Positions 33,886-43,770 of a DNA stretch of 64,000 bases are shown in pieces. A program made the translations under genes and the position numbers. Numbering within the stretch: the stretch's first letter is position 1; each line of letters starts with the position of its first letter. Origin of the DNA: an uncultured Acidimicrobiaceae bacterium (GTDB lineage Bacteria; Actinomycetota; Acidimicrobiia; Acidimicrobiales; RAAP-2); NCBI GenBank assembly GCA_963847725.1, contig CAWKAT010000004.1, positions 106,627 to 170,626 on the forward strand, read 5' to 3'. Below the pieces are notes generated by a model that saw only the letters and a list, made by a program, of their open reading frames with translations, was not told where the DNA came from and did not search any database.

Positions 33886-34665
33886 CTACGTTGAGTACGT
33901 GGCGTACACCACCACCGAGACGACCTTGGGGATCGAACTGGTGTTGAAGTCCCCACTGCCGTAGTTGACCGACCCGGGGGCATCGACCGACACCTGTCCC
34001 ACCCTGATGGAGATCGGCTTGCCCAACGTGACCTGTTTGCCCAACGCCGCCTGGGCCCGCTGTCGAGCGTTGGCGGCCGCCTCGGACGTGAGAGCGGGTC
34101 GCAGTTTCTTCAGACCGTTGAAGAGGTACTCCGGTTGTTGGGCGATGAACGGCACGTTGTCGGCGAGCAGGACATTGCTGACGCCCAGAACACGCTGCAT
34201 GGCGCTCAGGCGGGAAGACTGCACGGTGACCGTTTGGTTCATGGTGAAACTGGTCACTTGACCGTTGACCTGGGTATTGGGCTGCACGTTGAGCGTGCCG
34301 AATGAGATTTCGTTCTCGAGAGCTCCCGAGGCGAGAAGCGCGTCGCGGATCTGGGCGGTCCACTTATTGACCTGCGCCAACGCGGCCGAGGTTGTCGGCT
34401 GCGTGCTGGCAAAACTGGCCATCCATTGAAAGGTGTTCGACGTGACCGCCTGTTCGGCGGAGCCGGTAATGGTGATCTGATTGGCCTGGGGTTGGTTTCG
34501 GTTCCGGATCCCCGACGCGATCGAGAGCGAACCGATGATGAAGGCCACCGCGAGGAGGATCATTCCCACCAACTGCTCGTGTGAGCGAATCGAGCCTCTC
34601 GTGCGCGACGCTGGGGCCCTCGGCGTACTCTCGACGCCGACGTCGGCTCCCTCTTCGCCACTCAC
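33886..34665 (-). CDS. membrane-anchored SIMPL/DUF541-like protein
   Basis: 259 aa, GTG start, with one N-terminal TM segment (MILLAVAFIIGSLSIA). ITITGSAEQAV ... EAAANARQRAQAALGKQVTLGKPISI resembles the SIMPL domain pattern. Confidence 0.6.
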   Translation of the reverse strand: MSGEEGADVGVESTPRAPASRTRGSIRSHEQLVGMILLAVAFIIGSLSIASGIRNRNQPQANQITITGSAEQAVTSNTFQWMASFASTQPTTSAALAQVNKWTAQIRDALLASGALENEISFGTLNVQPNTQVNGQVTSFTMNQTVTVQSSRLSAMQRVLGVSNVLLADNVPFIAQQPEYLFNGLKKLRPALTSEAAANARQRAQAALGKQVTLGKPISIRVGQVSVDAPGSVNYGSGDFNTSSIPKVVSVVVYATYST

Positions 34666-34752
34666 GGGGTTAACGATATCTCGGCTCTCGCCCCACGCTT
34701 TCGAAGGCGTCGCCGGGCACGTCCGGTCGCGTACGGGACGAGCGTGCCCTCG

Positions 34753-35553
34753 TTAGCGCTCGCGCCACCAGGTGCCAAAGACCACCCGGGCGTAGCGGAA
34801 ACCAAAGAGCCAGTTCTTTCCCTTTTTGGTGGTGCCGGACGCGCGCGGGTACCAGACGGTCGGGACCTCGCTGGCCCGCCACCCCCGCTTGAGGGCGGTG
34901 ATTAACAGCTCCGCCGTTTGATACTGCTCCTGGGTCAGGCGATCGACCACGTCGGCCAGCATGGTGACCCGCAGCGCTCGATACCCGGTTGAGGTGTCGG
35001 TCAAGTGCGCCCCGGTCATGTGGTTCATGACGAAGGAGAAGAAGTGCACGCCGGTCTTGCGCACGACGTCGGTGGTCTTGTCCTCACCCAACACCCGACT
35101 GGCCACCACGAAGTCCGACTGATCGGCGAGGAGGGGCGCGAGGAGGTTCGGGATCTCCTGCGGGTCGTTCTGGCCGTCGGCGTCCAGCGTGACGACGTAC
35201 TTCACCCCGAACTCGACGCAGTAGCGATAGGTGACCTGCAGGGCCACGCCGTGACCGAGGTTGACCGGGAACTCGAAGACCTTGACCCCGGGAAACGAGC
35301 GGGCGACCTCGGCCGTCTTGTCGGTGCCGCCGTCGACCACCACAAAGGTCGTGTAGGGACTGCCGTTGATGGTGTCGGGCATCTTCTTTAGGACGTCGCC
35401 GATGTTGCCCTCTTCTTCGTAGGCGCAGATCGAAGCGACGATTCCCTCGGGAACGAAGTCGGGGTAGTCGGCGTCAAAGCGAGTGCGGGCCTGGGCGATG
35501 GCGAACTCACGCAACCGCGCGATGCGCCGCTTTTCGAGGTCCTCGTTCGACAT
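34753..35553 (-). CDS. family-2 glycosyltransferase (polyprenyl-phosphate sugar synthase-like)
   Basis: I chose ATG 35553 because AAGGAG lies 5 nt upstream. GT-A motifs are present: FVVVDGGTDKTAEVA and VTLDADGQNDP. Confidence 0.8.
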   Translation of the reverse strand: MSNEDLEKRRIARLREFAIAQARTRFDADYPDFVPEGIVASICAYEEEGNIGDVLKKMPDTINGSPYTTFVVVDGGTDKTAEVARSFPGVKVFEFPVNLGHGVALQVTYRYCVEFGVKYVVTLDADGQNDPQEIPNLLAPLLADQSDFVVASRVLGEDKTTDVVRKTGVHFFSFVMNHMTGAHLTDTSTGYRALRVTMLADVVDRLTQEQYQTAELLITALKRGWRASEVPTVWYPRASGTTKKGKNWLFGFRYARVVFGTWWRER

Positions 35554-35611
35554 CAATCTCCTTAAACGCAATGGGCGATTAAGTCTACTGGGGCGTATTG
35601 CCGCGCGACGA

Positions 35612-36640
35612 CTAGGCGGAGAGCACTTCGGCCGCGGTGAACTCTCGGTCCGCCTGGGCGTCGAAGCCGGTCGCGACCGGTGTGGCGAAGACCACGTCCA
35701 CGAGAGCCGTCAGCGCCTTTAAGACCTCGCGGAGCTCCGGCGGGGGAGGAAAGTACTCATCCTCCACCGTCACCGAAAAAATCTCGATGCCGTCGCGGGG
35801 CTTCAGGTGAGCCAACACCTCATTCACCAGCACCTCGGGAGCCGACGCGCCGGCCGTCACGGCCACGGTTCCCGAGAGGTCGTCGGGCAACTCGTCGGCG
35901 CCGTTGACCCGGTACACGCGCGCACAGCCCTCGGCCTCGGCCACCTTCACCAGGGCCACCGTGTTGGAGGAGTTGGCCGAACCGATCACGATGACCGCGT
36001 CCGCGGTCGAGGCGAGCTCGCGCAGCGCGGCTTGGCGGTTGGTGGTGGCGAAACAGAGGTCGCTGCGACTGGGCATCCAGATGTCGGGAAAGACGACCTC
36101 GGCGTACTCGCGAAGGTCCTGCCACTCATCGAGACTGAGGGTGGTCTGACTGAGGAGGGCGACCGGACCGTCGTGGCCGTCAATCGCGTCGATGTCCTCG
36201 CGTGACTGCACGAGGTGGACCGCCTCGGGGGCGACGGCCATGGTGCCCACCGCCTCCTCGTGGTCCTCGTGACCCACGTACAGCACGGTGTAACCCTTGT
36301 TGGCCCGAACCTTGAGCTCGTGGTGGACCTTGGTGACGAGAGGACAGACGGCGTCAATGACCGTGCCCCCGGTGCGACGGGCCGCCTCAATGACCTCGGG
36401 CGGGGACCCGTGCGCGCTCAACATAATGGGCGCCCCCTCGGGAACGACGGTCACGTCGTCGATGAAGATGACGCCCACCGACTTGAAGTGATCGACGACG
36501 AACTGGTTGTGAACGATCTCGTGGTAGCAGTAGACCGGCGCCTCGAAGACGCGCGTCATCCAGTCGAGGGCCTTGATCGCCTTCTCCACCCCGGCGCAAA
36601 ATCCCCGGGGGGCCGCGAGCACAACCCTGTCCACTGTCAC
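35612..36640 (-). CDS. ispH: 4-hydroxy-3-methylbut-2-enyl diphosphate reductase (stand-alone copy)
   Basis: 342 aa with VLAAPRGFCAGVEKAI, DAVCPLVTKVH and SDLCFATTNRQ, so all three Fe-S cysteines are present. Confidence 0.92.
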   Translation of the reverse strand: MTVDRVVLAAPRGFCAGVEKAIKALDWMTRVFEAPVYCYHEIVHNQFVVDHFKSVGVIFIDDVTVVPEGAPIMLSAHGSPPEVIEAARRTGGTVIDAVCPLVTKVHHELKVRANKGYTVLYVGHEDHEEAVGTMAVAPEAVHLVQSREDIDAIDGHDGPVALLSQTTLSLDEWQDLREYAEVVFPDIWMPSRSDLCFATTNRQAALRELASTADAVIVIGSANSSNTVALVKVAEAEGCARVYRVNGADELPDDLSGTVAVTAGASAPEVLVNEVLAHLKPRDGIEIFSVTVEDEYFPPPPELREVLKALTALVDVVFATPVATGFDAQADREFTAAEVLSA

Positions 36641-36688
36641 GACACCAGCCTAGTAAGAGAGATTCCGGGTAGCGCCTAGCCTGTATGA

Positions 36689-38065
36689 GTGTCCGGCGCC
36701 CGTATTTCCTCGATATCTGCGGCCTCGCCGGCTGCCGGGGTGGGTCTGGCGGTCGGGGACGAGTTGGTCACCGTCAATGGCAAAGCCCCGACCGACATCA
36801 TTGAGTACCAGCAACTCATTGACGGTTCGAGCGTTACCCTGGTCGTCCAGCGCGAGGGCGAAGAGCTGTCGCGCAAGGTCACCATTGCCAAGGAAGAGGG
36901 CCAACCGCTGGGGCTCAGCATCGACTCGGCCGTTTTTGATCGTATCCGCACCTGCGACAACCACTGCACCTTTTGTTTCATCTATCAGTTGCCCAAGGGC
37001 ATGCGTCGCTCGCTCTACGTGAAAGACGATGACTTTCGACTCTCGTTCCTGTACGGCAACTACACGACCCTGACCCGATTCACCGAGTTCGACCTCGAGC
37101 GCGTGCTCGAGGAGGGTCTCTCGCCCCTCTACGTGTCGATCCACTCGACCAACCCCGAACTTCGCGCCGACATGCTCCGCAACCCTCGGGGGGCGACCTC
37201 GCTGCGCTGGCTGCGCGAACTTCTTCGCGCCGGGGTCGAGGTTCACGGACAGGTCGTGGTCTGTCCCGGCGTCAACGACGGCGACGAACTCGAGCGCACC
37301 CTCAACGACGTGGTCTCGCTCTACCCCGAACTGGCCTCGGTCGCCCTAGTGCCGGTCGGGATCAGTGACTTCACCGCTGAAGAGTCGATGCGCGCCCACG
37401 AGCCCGACGAGGCGCGCCAGGTGGTCGAACTGGCGGAGCGATTCCAGCGCCTCACCCGGGAACTCTTCGGTCGCGCGAAGGTCTTCGCCAGTGATGAGTT
37501 CTACATCGTGGCCGAGATCGATCCGCCGGGCACCGACAGCTTCGAGAGCCTGGACGAGGCGGAGAACGGCGTCGGGCTGGTGGCGGCGTTCGTCGAGAGC
37601 TTTTCGAAGGGAACGACGATGGCCAAACTGGGCTCGGGCTTCTTTCAGTCCGTGGACGGGGCTCCCGCCCTCGGGTACCGCGCGCCGAGAACCACGCAGG
37701 ATCGTGTCGCGACCGGCGACGAGGTCACCGTCCTCACCGGCGAGTACGCGGCCCCGATCTTGCGCCGACTCCTCGACGAGCAGGGCTTTCGCGAAGTGAA
37801 CGTGAGGGCCGTGAAGAATCGATACTTCGGCGGCAACATCAAAGTCGCGGGCCTCATGACCGGCCTCGACCTGCGCGACGCGTTACAAGACGTCGATGAG
37901 TCGACGCTCTGTCTGGTTCCTGACGTCTGTCTCTCCGAAGGTCGCTTTCTCGACGGTCTGACGTTGGACGACCTTCCTCACTCGGTGATGACCGTGCCGA
38001 CGACCGGTCACGAACTGCGTTCGACCCTCGAGGGCATACGGGCCCGAGCACTGAGTCGGGTATGA
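36689..38065 (+). CDS. DUF512 protein (PDZ domain plus radical-SAM-like core)
   Basis: 458 aa, GTG start. The PDZ-like N-terminus is SPAAGVGLAVGDELVTVNG. It is followed by CDNHCTFCFIYQLPKGMRRSLYVKDDDFRLSFLYGNYTTLT, the DUF512 signature. ATGA coupled to der. Confidence 0.8.
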   Translation: MSGARISSISAASPAAGVGLAVGDELVTVNGKAPTDIIEYQQLIDGSSVTLVVQREGEELSRKVTIAKEEGQPLGLSIDSAVFDRIRTCDNHCTFCFIYQLPKGMRRSLYVKDDDFRLSFLYGNYTTLTRFTEFDLERVLEEGLSPLYVSIHSTNPELRADMLRNPRGATSLRWLRELLRAGVEVHGQVVVCPGVNDGDELERTLNDVVSLYPELASVALVPVGISDFTAEESMRAHEPDEARQVVELAERFQRLTRELFGRAKVFASDEFYIVAEIDPPGTDSFESLDEAENGVGLVAAFVESFSKGTTMAKLGSGFFQSVDGAPALGYRAPRTTQDRVATGDEVTVLTGEYAAPILRRLLDEQGFREVNVRAVKNRYFGGNIKVAGLMTGLDLRDALQDVDESTLCLVPDVCLSEGRFLDGLTLDDLPHSVMTVPTTGHELRSTLEGIRARALSRV

Positions 38066-39351
38066 AGAGACCCCAGGTTGTGATCGTCGGCCGACCGAAC
38101 GTCGGCAAAAGCTCTCTCGTCAATCGCCTCGCCGGACGGCGCGTCGCCGTGGTCGAAGAACAGCGCGGCGTGACCCGCGATCGCAAGGCCGTCGAGGTGG
38201 AGTGGCGCGGGGTGACCTTTGACGTGGTGGACACGGGCGGTTGGTTGGCCGCCGGCGACACTCTCGAGGACAAGGTCTCCAAACAGGCCGAGGCCGCCCT
38301 CCAGAGCGCGGATCTGGTCTTGCTGGTCGTCGATGCCTCGACCGGTCCGGTGGAGGAAGACTCGACGGCCGCGCGTTGGGTGCGTAACTCCAAACGTCCC
38401 GTCCTGCTCGTCGTCAACAAAGTCGACGACCAACAGCACGAAGCCTCCAGCTGGGAGTTCCTCTCGCTCGGCGTGGGCGATCCCTTCATGGTGAGTGCTC
38501 AGCACGGGCGAGGTTCGGGCGACCTACTTGACCGAATCGTCGACGACTTAGGCGAGCAGACCGTTGACGTGGCCGACGAAGATGACGACGGCGCCCTGCG
38601 CGTCGCCATTGTCGGACGGCCCAACGTTGGTAAGTCGACGCTCTTCAATCAACTCATCGGCGAAGAACGCAGTGTCGTTCACGACATGCCCGGTACCACG
38701 CGCGACGCCATTGACACCGTCGTCGACACCAGCGCCGGACTTATTCGCTTCATCGACACCGCGGGCATGCGCAAGCGGGCGCGCACCGAGGCGGGACTGG
38801 AGACCTACTCGGTGTTGCGCAGCCTCGACGCCCTCGATCGCGCGGACATCGCGATATTGGTGATCGACGCCACCGAAGGCGCGACCGGGCAAGATCAGCG
38901 TCTGGCTGAACGCATCTCGGCCTCGGGCTGCCCGGCCATCGTCATCTTGAACAAGTGGGAACTGGTCACGACCGACGAACGTGACGCCATCCTGGCGAGC
39001 GTCGGTGACAAACTCGCCTTCCTCGGTGACGCCCCGGTGCTCAAGATGACCGCCTTGTCCGGAAAGGGCGTCCATCGGCTGTGGCCCGCGCTCAGCACCG
39101 CCGCGCTCGACTACGCCAAACGCGTTCCCACCGGGGCGCTCAACCGGGCCATCCGCGATCTGCAGATCAAGCAACCCGCTCCGACCGGCAAGATCCGCTA
39201 CGCCGTTCAAGGAGCCAGTGAGCCTCCCACCTTCACGCTCTTTATTGCCGGTCGACTGCCCTCGACCTACCTGCGCTACGTCGAGCGAAGTCTGCGCGAA
39301 AAGTTTGAACTGGGCGCGTCACCGATTCGAGTCCGCGTCCGAGTCGAGTAG
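38062..39351 (+). CDS. der: ribosome-associated GTPase Der (EngA)
   Basis: 429 aa with two tandem GTPase domains (GRPNVGKSSL and GRPNVGKSTL, DTGG / DTAG, NKVD / NKWE) and a KH-like C-terminus. Confidence 0.93.
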   Translation: MKRPQVVIVGRPNVGKSSLVNRLAGRRVAVVEEQRGVTRDRKAVEVEWRGVTFDVVDTGGWLAAGDTLEDKVSKQAEAALQSADLVLLVVDASTGPVEEDSTAARWVRNSKRPVLLVVNKVDDQQHEASSWEFLSLGVGDPFMVSAQHGRGSGDLLDRIVDDLGEQTVDVADEDDDGALRVAIVGRPNVGKSTLFNQLIGEERSVVHDMPGTTRDAIDTVVDTSAGLIRFIDTAGMRKRARTEAGLETYSVLRSLDALDRADIAILVIDATEGATGQDQRLAERISASGCPAIVILNKWELVTTDERDAILASVGDKLAFLGDAPVLKMTALSGKGVHRLWPALSTAALDYAKRVPTGALNRAIRDLQIKQPAPTGKIRYAVQGASEPPTFTLFIAGRLPSTYLRYVERSLREKFELGASPIRVRVRVE

Positions 39352-39533
39352 TGGCCAACTGGTGTGAGAACTGCGACCGTCCCGAAGAGGGCGAGGTCTG
39401 CGCGATATGTGGTTCGGAGGTGGCCGAGACCGCGCGAGAGCCCATTCCCTGGAAGTGGCGATTCTTCGCGGTGGCCACGGTCATCTACGTCGGATGGCGG
39501 ATCTATCAGTTAATTTCGTGGATAGCCCACTAG
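39351..39533 (+). CDS. hypothetical small protein: zinc-ribbon (CxxC..CxxC) plus one TM helix
   Basis: 60 aa with a GTG start sharing one base with the der stop. It has CENCDRPEEGEVCAICG followed by the hydrophobic segment WRFFAVATVIYVGWRIYQLISWI. GC3-rich codons fill an otherwise empty 190-nt gap. Confidence 0.45.
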   Translation: MANWCENCDRPEEGEVCAICGSEVAETAREPIPWKWRFFAVATVIYVGWRIYQLISWIAH

Positions 39534-39543
39534 GAGGTGTGTC

Positions 39544-40059
39544 GTGCCCATCTACGCCCTTGGCGATCGCGTACCCCAGATCCACCCAGACGCCTATATT
39601 CACCCCGACGCCGTCGTTATCGGTGACGTGCGCATCGGTGCCGACTCATCGGTCTGGCCCACCGCCGTGCTGCGCGGCGACTACGGGACGGTCATCGTGG
39701 GCGAGCGAACCTCGATTCAGGACGGCACCGTCGTGCACGCCGTGGATGAGTACCCCACGGTGATCGGCAACGACTGCGTCATCGGCCACCTCGCGCACCT
39801 CGAGGGCTGCACGATTCACGACCGCGCCTTGGTCGGAAGTGGTTCCATCGTGTTGCACCAGGCGGTCGTCCACAGCGGGGCGACCGTGGGCGCGGGAGCG
39901 GTCGTGCGCAACCGCATGGAAGTCCCCACCAACGCCATGGCCCTCGGCGTGCCGGCGACTCTCAAACTCGACTCCTGCAACGAAGACGTGGCGGTCGCCT
40001 CGGCCGCGCTGTACGCCGCCAACGGGCGCCACTACCGTAACGAGCTCAAGCGACTCTAG
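39544..40059 (+). CDS. gamma-class carbonic anhydrase / hexapeptide-repeat (LbH) family protein
   Basis: 171 aa. IHPDAVVIGDVRIGADSSVWPTAVLRGDYG.IVIGERTSIQDGTVVH is the classic YrdA/PaaY-type pattern. Confidence 0.85.
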   Translation: MPIYALGDRVPQIHPDAYIHPDAVVIGDVRIGADSSVWPTAVLRGDYGTVIVGERTSIQDGTVVHAVDEYPTVIGNDCVIGHLAHLEGCTIHDRALVGSGSIVLHQAVVHSGATVGAGAVVRNRMEVPTNAMALGVPATLKLDSCNEDVAVASAALYAANGRHYRNELKRL

Positions 40060-41072
40060 GAGTTCGAGACCGCGACGAGTCGTTCTAACGCGCTCGCCGC
40101 TCGACCCTCGAGAACGCACGCGCTCGCGCGTTGGAACCCGTCCTTCAGCTCATCGGTCTCCCCGGCCACCATGAGGGCGAGGCTCGCGTTCACGCACACC
40201 GTGTCAAAGATGGCGCCGCGCGCGCCCTCCAGAAACGCCCGAGTGAGAGCGACGTTCTCGCGCACGTCGCCGCCGCGGATGTCGGCCGCGCTGTGGCGCA
40301 GACCGAGCGCGTTGCCAGGGTCGATACGTCGGCGATATCGCGTCTCGCCCGCCACGTACTCCAGTGTCGCGGGCGCTCCGAGGGAGAGCTCGTCTAACCC
40401 GTCGTCGGAGCTCACCAGGATGGCCCGACGAATCCCTCGCTGGTGCAGGACCTCGGCCATCTTGTCGAGCAGGGTCAACGGGGCCACGCCGATCAGTGAT
40501 CGCTGAACCAGCGCGGGGTTCGCCAGCGGGCCGAGCACGTTGAAGATGGTGCGAAAGCGCAACTCGCGTCGAATCGGCACGAGCGTGGCGAGCGCCGGGT
40601 GAAAGATCGGGGCGAACATAAAGCCGACCCCGGCCTCGCGTACGCAGGCGCGCACCACGTCCTCGGGAGCGTCGATGCGTACCCCGAGCGCCTCCAGCAG
40701 ATCGGCCGAACCCACCGACGACGAGGCCGCCCGGTTGCCGTGCTTGGCGACGGAAACCCCGCACCCGGCCACCACCAAGGCGGCCATGGTGGACACGTTG
40801 ACGCTATGAAGTTGATCACCGCCGGTTCCGACAATGTCGATGGCACTCGGGCCAATCGAGAAAGTGGTGGCGCGCGAGATCATCGCGTCAATAAAGCCCG
40901 TCATCTCGATGGCCGTCTCGCCCTTCGCGGTGAGGGCCGTCAGAAAGCTGGCGATAAGGATCCCATCAATCTTCCCGTCGAGGATCTCGCACAGGGCGTC
41001 CGCGGCTTCGTGGCGTTCCAGGTTGGTCCCACGAACCAGCGGATTTAAGACATCCAGCGCGAATGAGTCCAT
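40056..41072 (-). CDS. trpD: anthranilate phosphoribosyltransferase
   Basis: 338 aa with DIVGTGGD, NVSTMAALVVAGCG, KHGNRA and GPLANP. Confidence 0.92.
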   Translation of the reverse strand: MDSFALDVLNPLVRGTNLERHEAADALCEILDGKIDGILIASFLTALTAKGETAIEMTGFIDAMISRATTFSIGPSAIDIVGTGGDQLHSVNVSTMAALVVAGCGVSVAKHGNRAASSSVGSADLLEALGVRIDAPEDVVRACVREAGVGFMFAPIFHPALATLVPIRRELRFRTIFNVLGPLANPALVQRSLIGVAPLTLLDKMAEVLHQRGIRRAILVSSDDGLDELSLGAPATLEYVAGETRYRRRIDPGNALGLRHSAADIRGGDVRENVALTRAFLEGARGAIFDTVCVNASLALMVAGETDELKDGFQRASACVLEGRAASALERLVAVSNS

Positions 41073-41158
41073 TGTCTAGTTCGTCGCGAAAACGAGCGCG
41101 GGCATAGCGACACGCTACTCGTGGCCGTGGTGGGGCTCTCCACAACTACGATTTTGAG

Positions 41159-41956
41159 ATGGCGACCACGTACCTTGACACCATTTTGGAATCTCATCGC
41201 CGTCGCGCGCAACAGGATGATCGCGACTGGGAGGCCCGGGTCGATCAGGTTCGCTACGAAGGTCCTTCCTTTGTCCTGGCGTTGCGTCAGGGCTCGTCAC
41301 CCTTTATCAAGGTGATCGCCGAGGTGAAGCGTCGCTCGCCGTCCAAGGGGCTCTTGGCGGCCGAACTCGACGCGGCGGCCCTCGCCGCCGTCTATCGCGA
41401 CGCGGGCGCCAGCGCCATCTCGGTCCTCACGGACCGGGAGTTCTTCGAAGGTTCGATGGAAGACCTGATGCTGGTTCGGCGCACGGTGGCCCTGCCGGTC
41501 CTTCGAAAGGACTTCACGGTCTCTGAGAACGACGTCCTCGACGCCGTGGAAGCGGGTGCCGGCGCGGTGTTGTTGATTGTGGCGGCGCTCAGTGACGACG
41601 AACTCGCCTCGTTCGTGGAACTGACCGAGCGTTGTGGAATCGACGCACTGGTGGAAGTGCACGACGCCGAGGAGGCGAAGCGGGCGGTCGATGCGGGCGG
41701 TCGCATTATCGGCATCAACCAACGAGACTTACGAACCTTCGACGTCGACTCCGATCGCGCCGCCTCGGTCCTTGCGTCGCTGCCGCGCGACGTACTGGCC
41801 GTCTGTGAGTCGGGACTAGCGAGTGTCGAAGACGTGGAGGTCGCGGCCCAACGGGGCTTCGACGCGGTCTTGGTCGGGGAGGCCTTCGTGACCTCCAGTG
41901 ATCCCAGCGCCGTCGTGAAGGCCTTCGCGCTGGTGCCAAGTGGGCAACGTGCCTGA
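41159..41956 (+). CDS. trpC: indole-3-glycerol phosphate synthase
   Basis: 265 aa with IAEVKRRSPSKG, ISVLTD..FF.GS, LRKDF and INQRDL. Confidence 0.92.
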   Translation: MATTYLDTILESHRRRAQQDDRDWEARVDQVRYEGPSFVLALRQGSSPFIKVIAEVKRRSPSKGLLAAELDAAALAAVYRDAGASAISVLTDREFFEGSMEDLMLVRRTVALPVLRKDFTVSENDVLDAVEAGAGAVLLIVAALSDDELASFVELTERCGIDALVEVHDAEEAKRAVDAGGRIIGINQRDLRTFDVDSDRAASVLASLPRDVLAVCESGLASVEDVEVAAQRGFDAVLVGEAFVTSSDPSAVVKAFALVPSGQRA

Positions 41957-42587
41957 ACTGTGGTCCCACGGCTACGTCAAGATCTGCGGCGTCACTTCGG
42001 TGGCCGACGCTCGCACCGTCGTCGACGTGGGCGCCAACTCCCTCGGCGTCGTCTTCGCCACTTCGCCACGTCGGGTGAGCGTCGATCAGGCCCGAGAGAT
42101 TCTGGACGCGACGAGGGGCTCGCTGCTTCGCTGTGGCGTCTTTCGAGAGAACAGTGACGACAACATCGTTGAGCACGTTCGAACGCTCGACCTCGACGTC
42201 GTACAGATCCATGGGCCACTGAGCAACCGCCTTCTCGCCACCTTGAGAGAACGGCCGATACGGATCGTGAAAGCCCTCAGCATCGACGACGATGAGTTCG
42301 ACGTCTTCGACGAGAGTCGTGTCGACGCCGTGATGATCGATGGCCCTCGGCCCGGCTCGGGCGTCACCCACTCGTGGGATCGCCTGGAGTCGCGGCCCTT
42401 TGTCGTGCCGGTGATCGCGGCCGGCGGGCTCACCGCGCACAACGTGGCCGACGTCGTGGTGCGGACTCGCGCCTGGGGGGTCGATTGCTCCAGCGGCGTG
42501 GAGGCCCGTCCCGGAGTGAAAGACGCCCGGCTGGTCGAGGAGTTCGTTACTCGCGCGCGCGGCGCGTGGGCACTGGCGGGGGAGTGA
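41940..42587 (+). CDS. trpF: phosphoribosylanthranilate isomerase (stand-alone TrpF)
   Basis: 215 aa with [35 protein letters not shown] and AGGLTAHNV. It overlaps the trpC end by 17 nt. A GTG at 41949 is an alternative start. Confidence 0.85.
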   Translation: MGNVPELWSHGYVKICGVTSVADARTVVDVGANSLGVVFATSPRRVSVDQAREILDATRGSLLRCGVFRENSDDNIVEHVRTLDLDVVQIHGPLSNRLLATLRERPIRIVKALSIDDDEFDVFDESRVDAVMIDGPRPGSGVTHSWDRLESRPFVVPVIAAGGLTAHNVADVVVRTRAWGVDCSSGVEARPGVKDARLVEEFVTRARGAWALAGE

Positions 42588-42588
42588 C

Positions 42589-43770
42589 GTGTCGGAGTTC
42601 GACGTGATGGGCGTTCCCGACGAGCGCGGACGCTTCGGGGACTTCGGAGGGCGATTCGTTCCCGAGGCGCTGATGCCGGCCTGCCTCGAACTTGAAGACG
42701 CCTTTCGTGACGCGTGGTCCGATCCGACCTTCGTCAGCGACTATCGCACCACGCTGGCCCAGTTCGTCGGGCGACCAACCCCGGTGACGCCCCTCCCACG
42801 ACTATCGGAGAAACTAGGAATTCAGCTCTACGCCAAGCGCGAAGATCTCGCCCACACGGGCTCGCACAAGATCAATAACGTGGTGGGGCAGACCCTCTTG
42901 ACCCGGCGCATGGGCAAGACTCGCATCATCGCCGAGACCGGGGCCGGCCAACACGGCGTGGCCACGGCCACCGGAGCGGCTCGCCTCGGGCTGGCCTGCA
43001 CCGTGTTCATGGGCGAGGTTGACACCGTTCGCCAGGAGCTCAACGTCTTTCGCATGGAACTCCTCGGGGCGCGAGTCGTGCCGGTGACGTCGGGATCGCG
43101 AACCCTCAAAGACGCGGTGAACGAAGCGATGCGCGAGTGGGTCACCTGCGTCGCCGACACGCACTACTGCATCGGCTCGGTCATGGGCCCCCATCCCTTC
43201 CCCTGGATGGTCCGTGAGTTTCAGAGCATCATCGGCATCGAGGCGGCCGCGCAGCTGAGCGCGCTCGGCGCGGGCGAGCCTGACCTGGTGGTGGCGTGTG
43301 TGGGAGGCGGGTCCAACGCCGCAGGAATCTTCGCCGGCTTTGCCAACACTGACGCACGACTGATCGGCGTGGAAGCGGCGGGCGGGGCCGCTATCGCCAG
43401 TGGATCGCCCGGAGTGCTGCACGGGATGCGCTCCATGATCCTCCAAGATGAGTTCGGTCAGATTGAGGAGGCGCACTCGATGTCGGCCGGGCTCGACTAT
43501 CCGGGCATCGGGCCCGAGCACGCGCACCTGGCCGACGCCGGTCGAGCGGAGTACTTCTCCGTGGCCGACGAGGAGGTCCTGGACGCCTTGTCGTTGTTAA
43601 GCGAGAGCGAGGGCATCATTCCGGCCCTCGAGACCGCGCACGCCCTGGCCTGGATCACCCGCGAAGTGGGCACGTTGATCCCTCGCGGCGCGACGGTGTT
43701 GTTGAACCTCTCGGGGCGGGGCGACAAGGACGTGGCGCAGGTTCGCCAGCTCCTCGCGGGACAGTCATGA
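42589..43770 (+). CDS. trpB: tryptophan synthase beta chain
   Basis: 393 aa with [13 protein letters not shown], the PLP lysine in HTGSHKINN, and GGGSNAAG. Confidence 0.95.
   Translation: MSEFDVMGVPDERGRFGDFGGRFVPEALMPACLELEDAFRDAWSDPTFVSDYRTTLAQFVGRPTPVTPLPRLSEKLGIQLYAKREDLAHTGSHKINNVVGQTLLTRRMGKTRIIAETGAGQHGVATATGAARLGLACTVFMGEVDTVRQELNVFRMELLGARVVPVTSGSRTLKDAVNEAMREWVTCVADTHYCIGSVMGPHPFPWMVREFQSIIGIEAAAQLSALGAGEPDLVVACVGGGSNAAGIFAGFANTDARLIGVEAAGGAAIASGSPGVLHGMRSMILQDEFGQIEEAHSMSAGLDYPGIGPEHAHLADAGRAEYFSVADEEVLDALSLLSESEGIIPALETAHALAWITREVGTLIPRGATVLLNLSGRGDKDVAQVRQLLAGQS

Noticed and set aside
41073-41158. Trp leader peptide or attenuator between trpD and trpC
   Set aside because: No short ORF with tandem Trp codons exists. 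The only frame (41121..41315) overlaps trpC and has isolated Trp residues. No terminator/antiterminator pair is visible.
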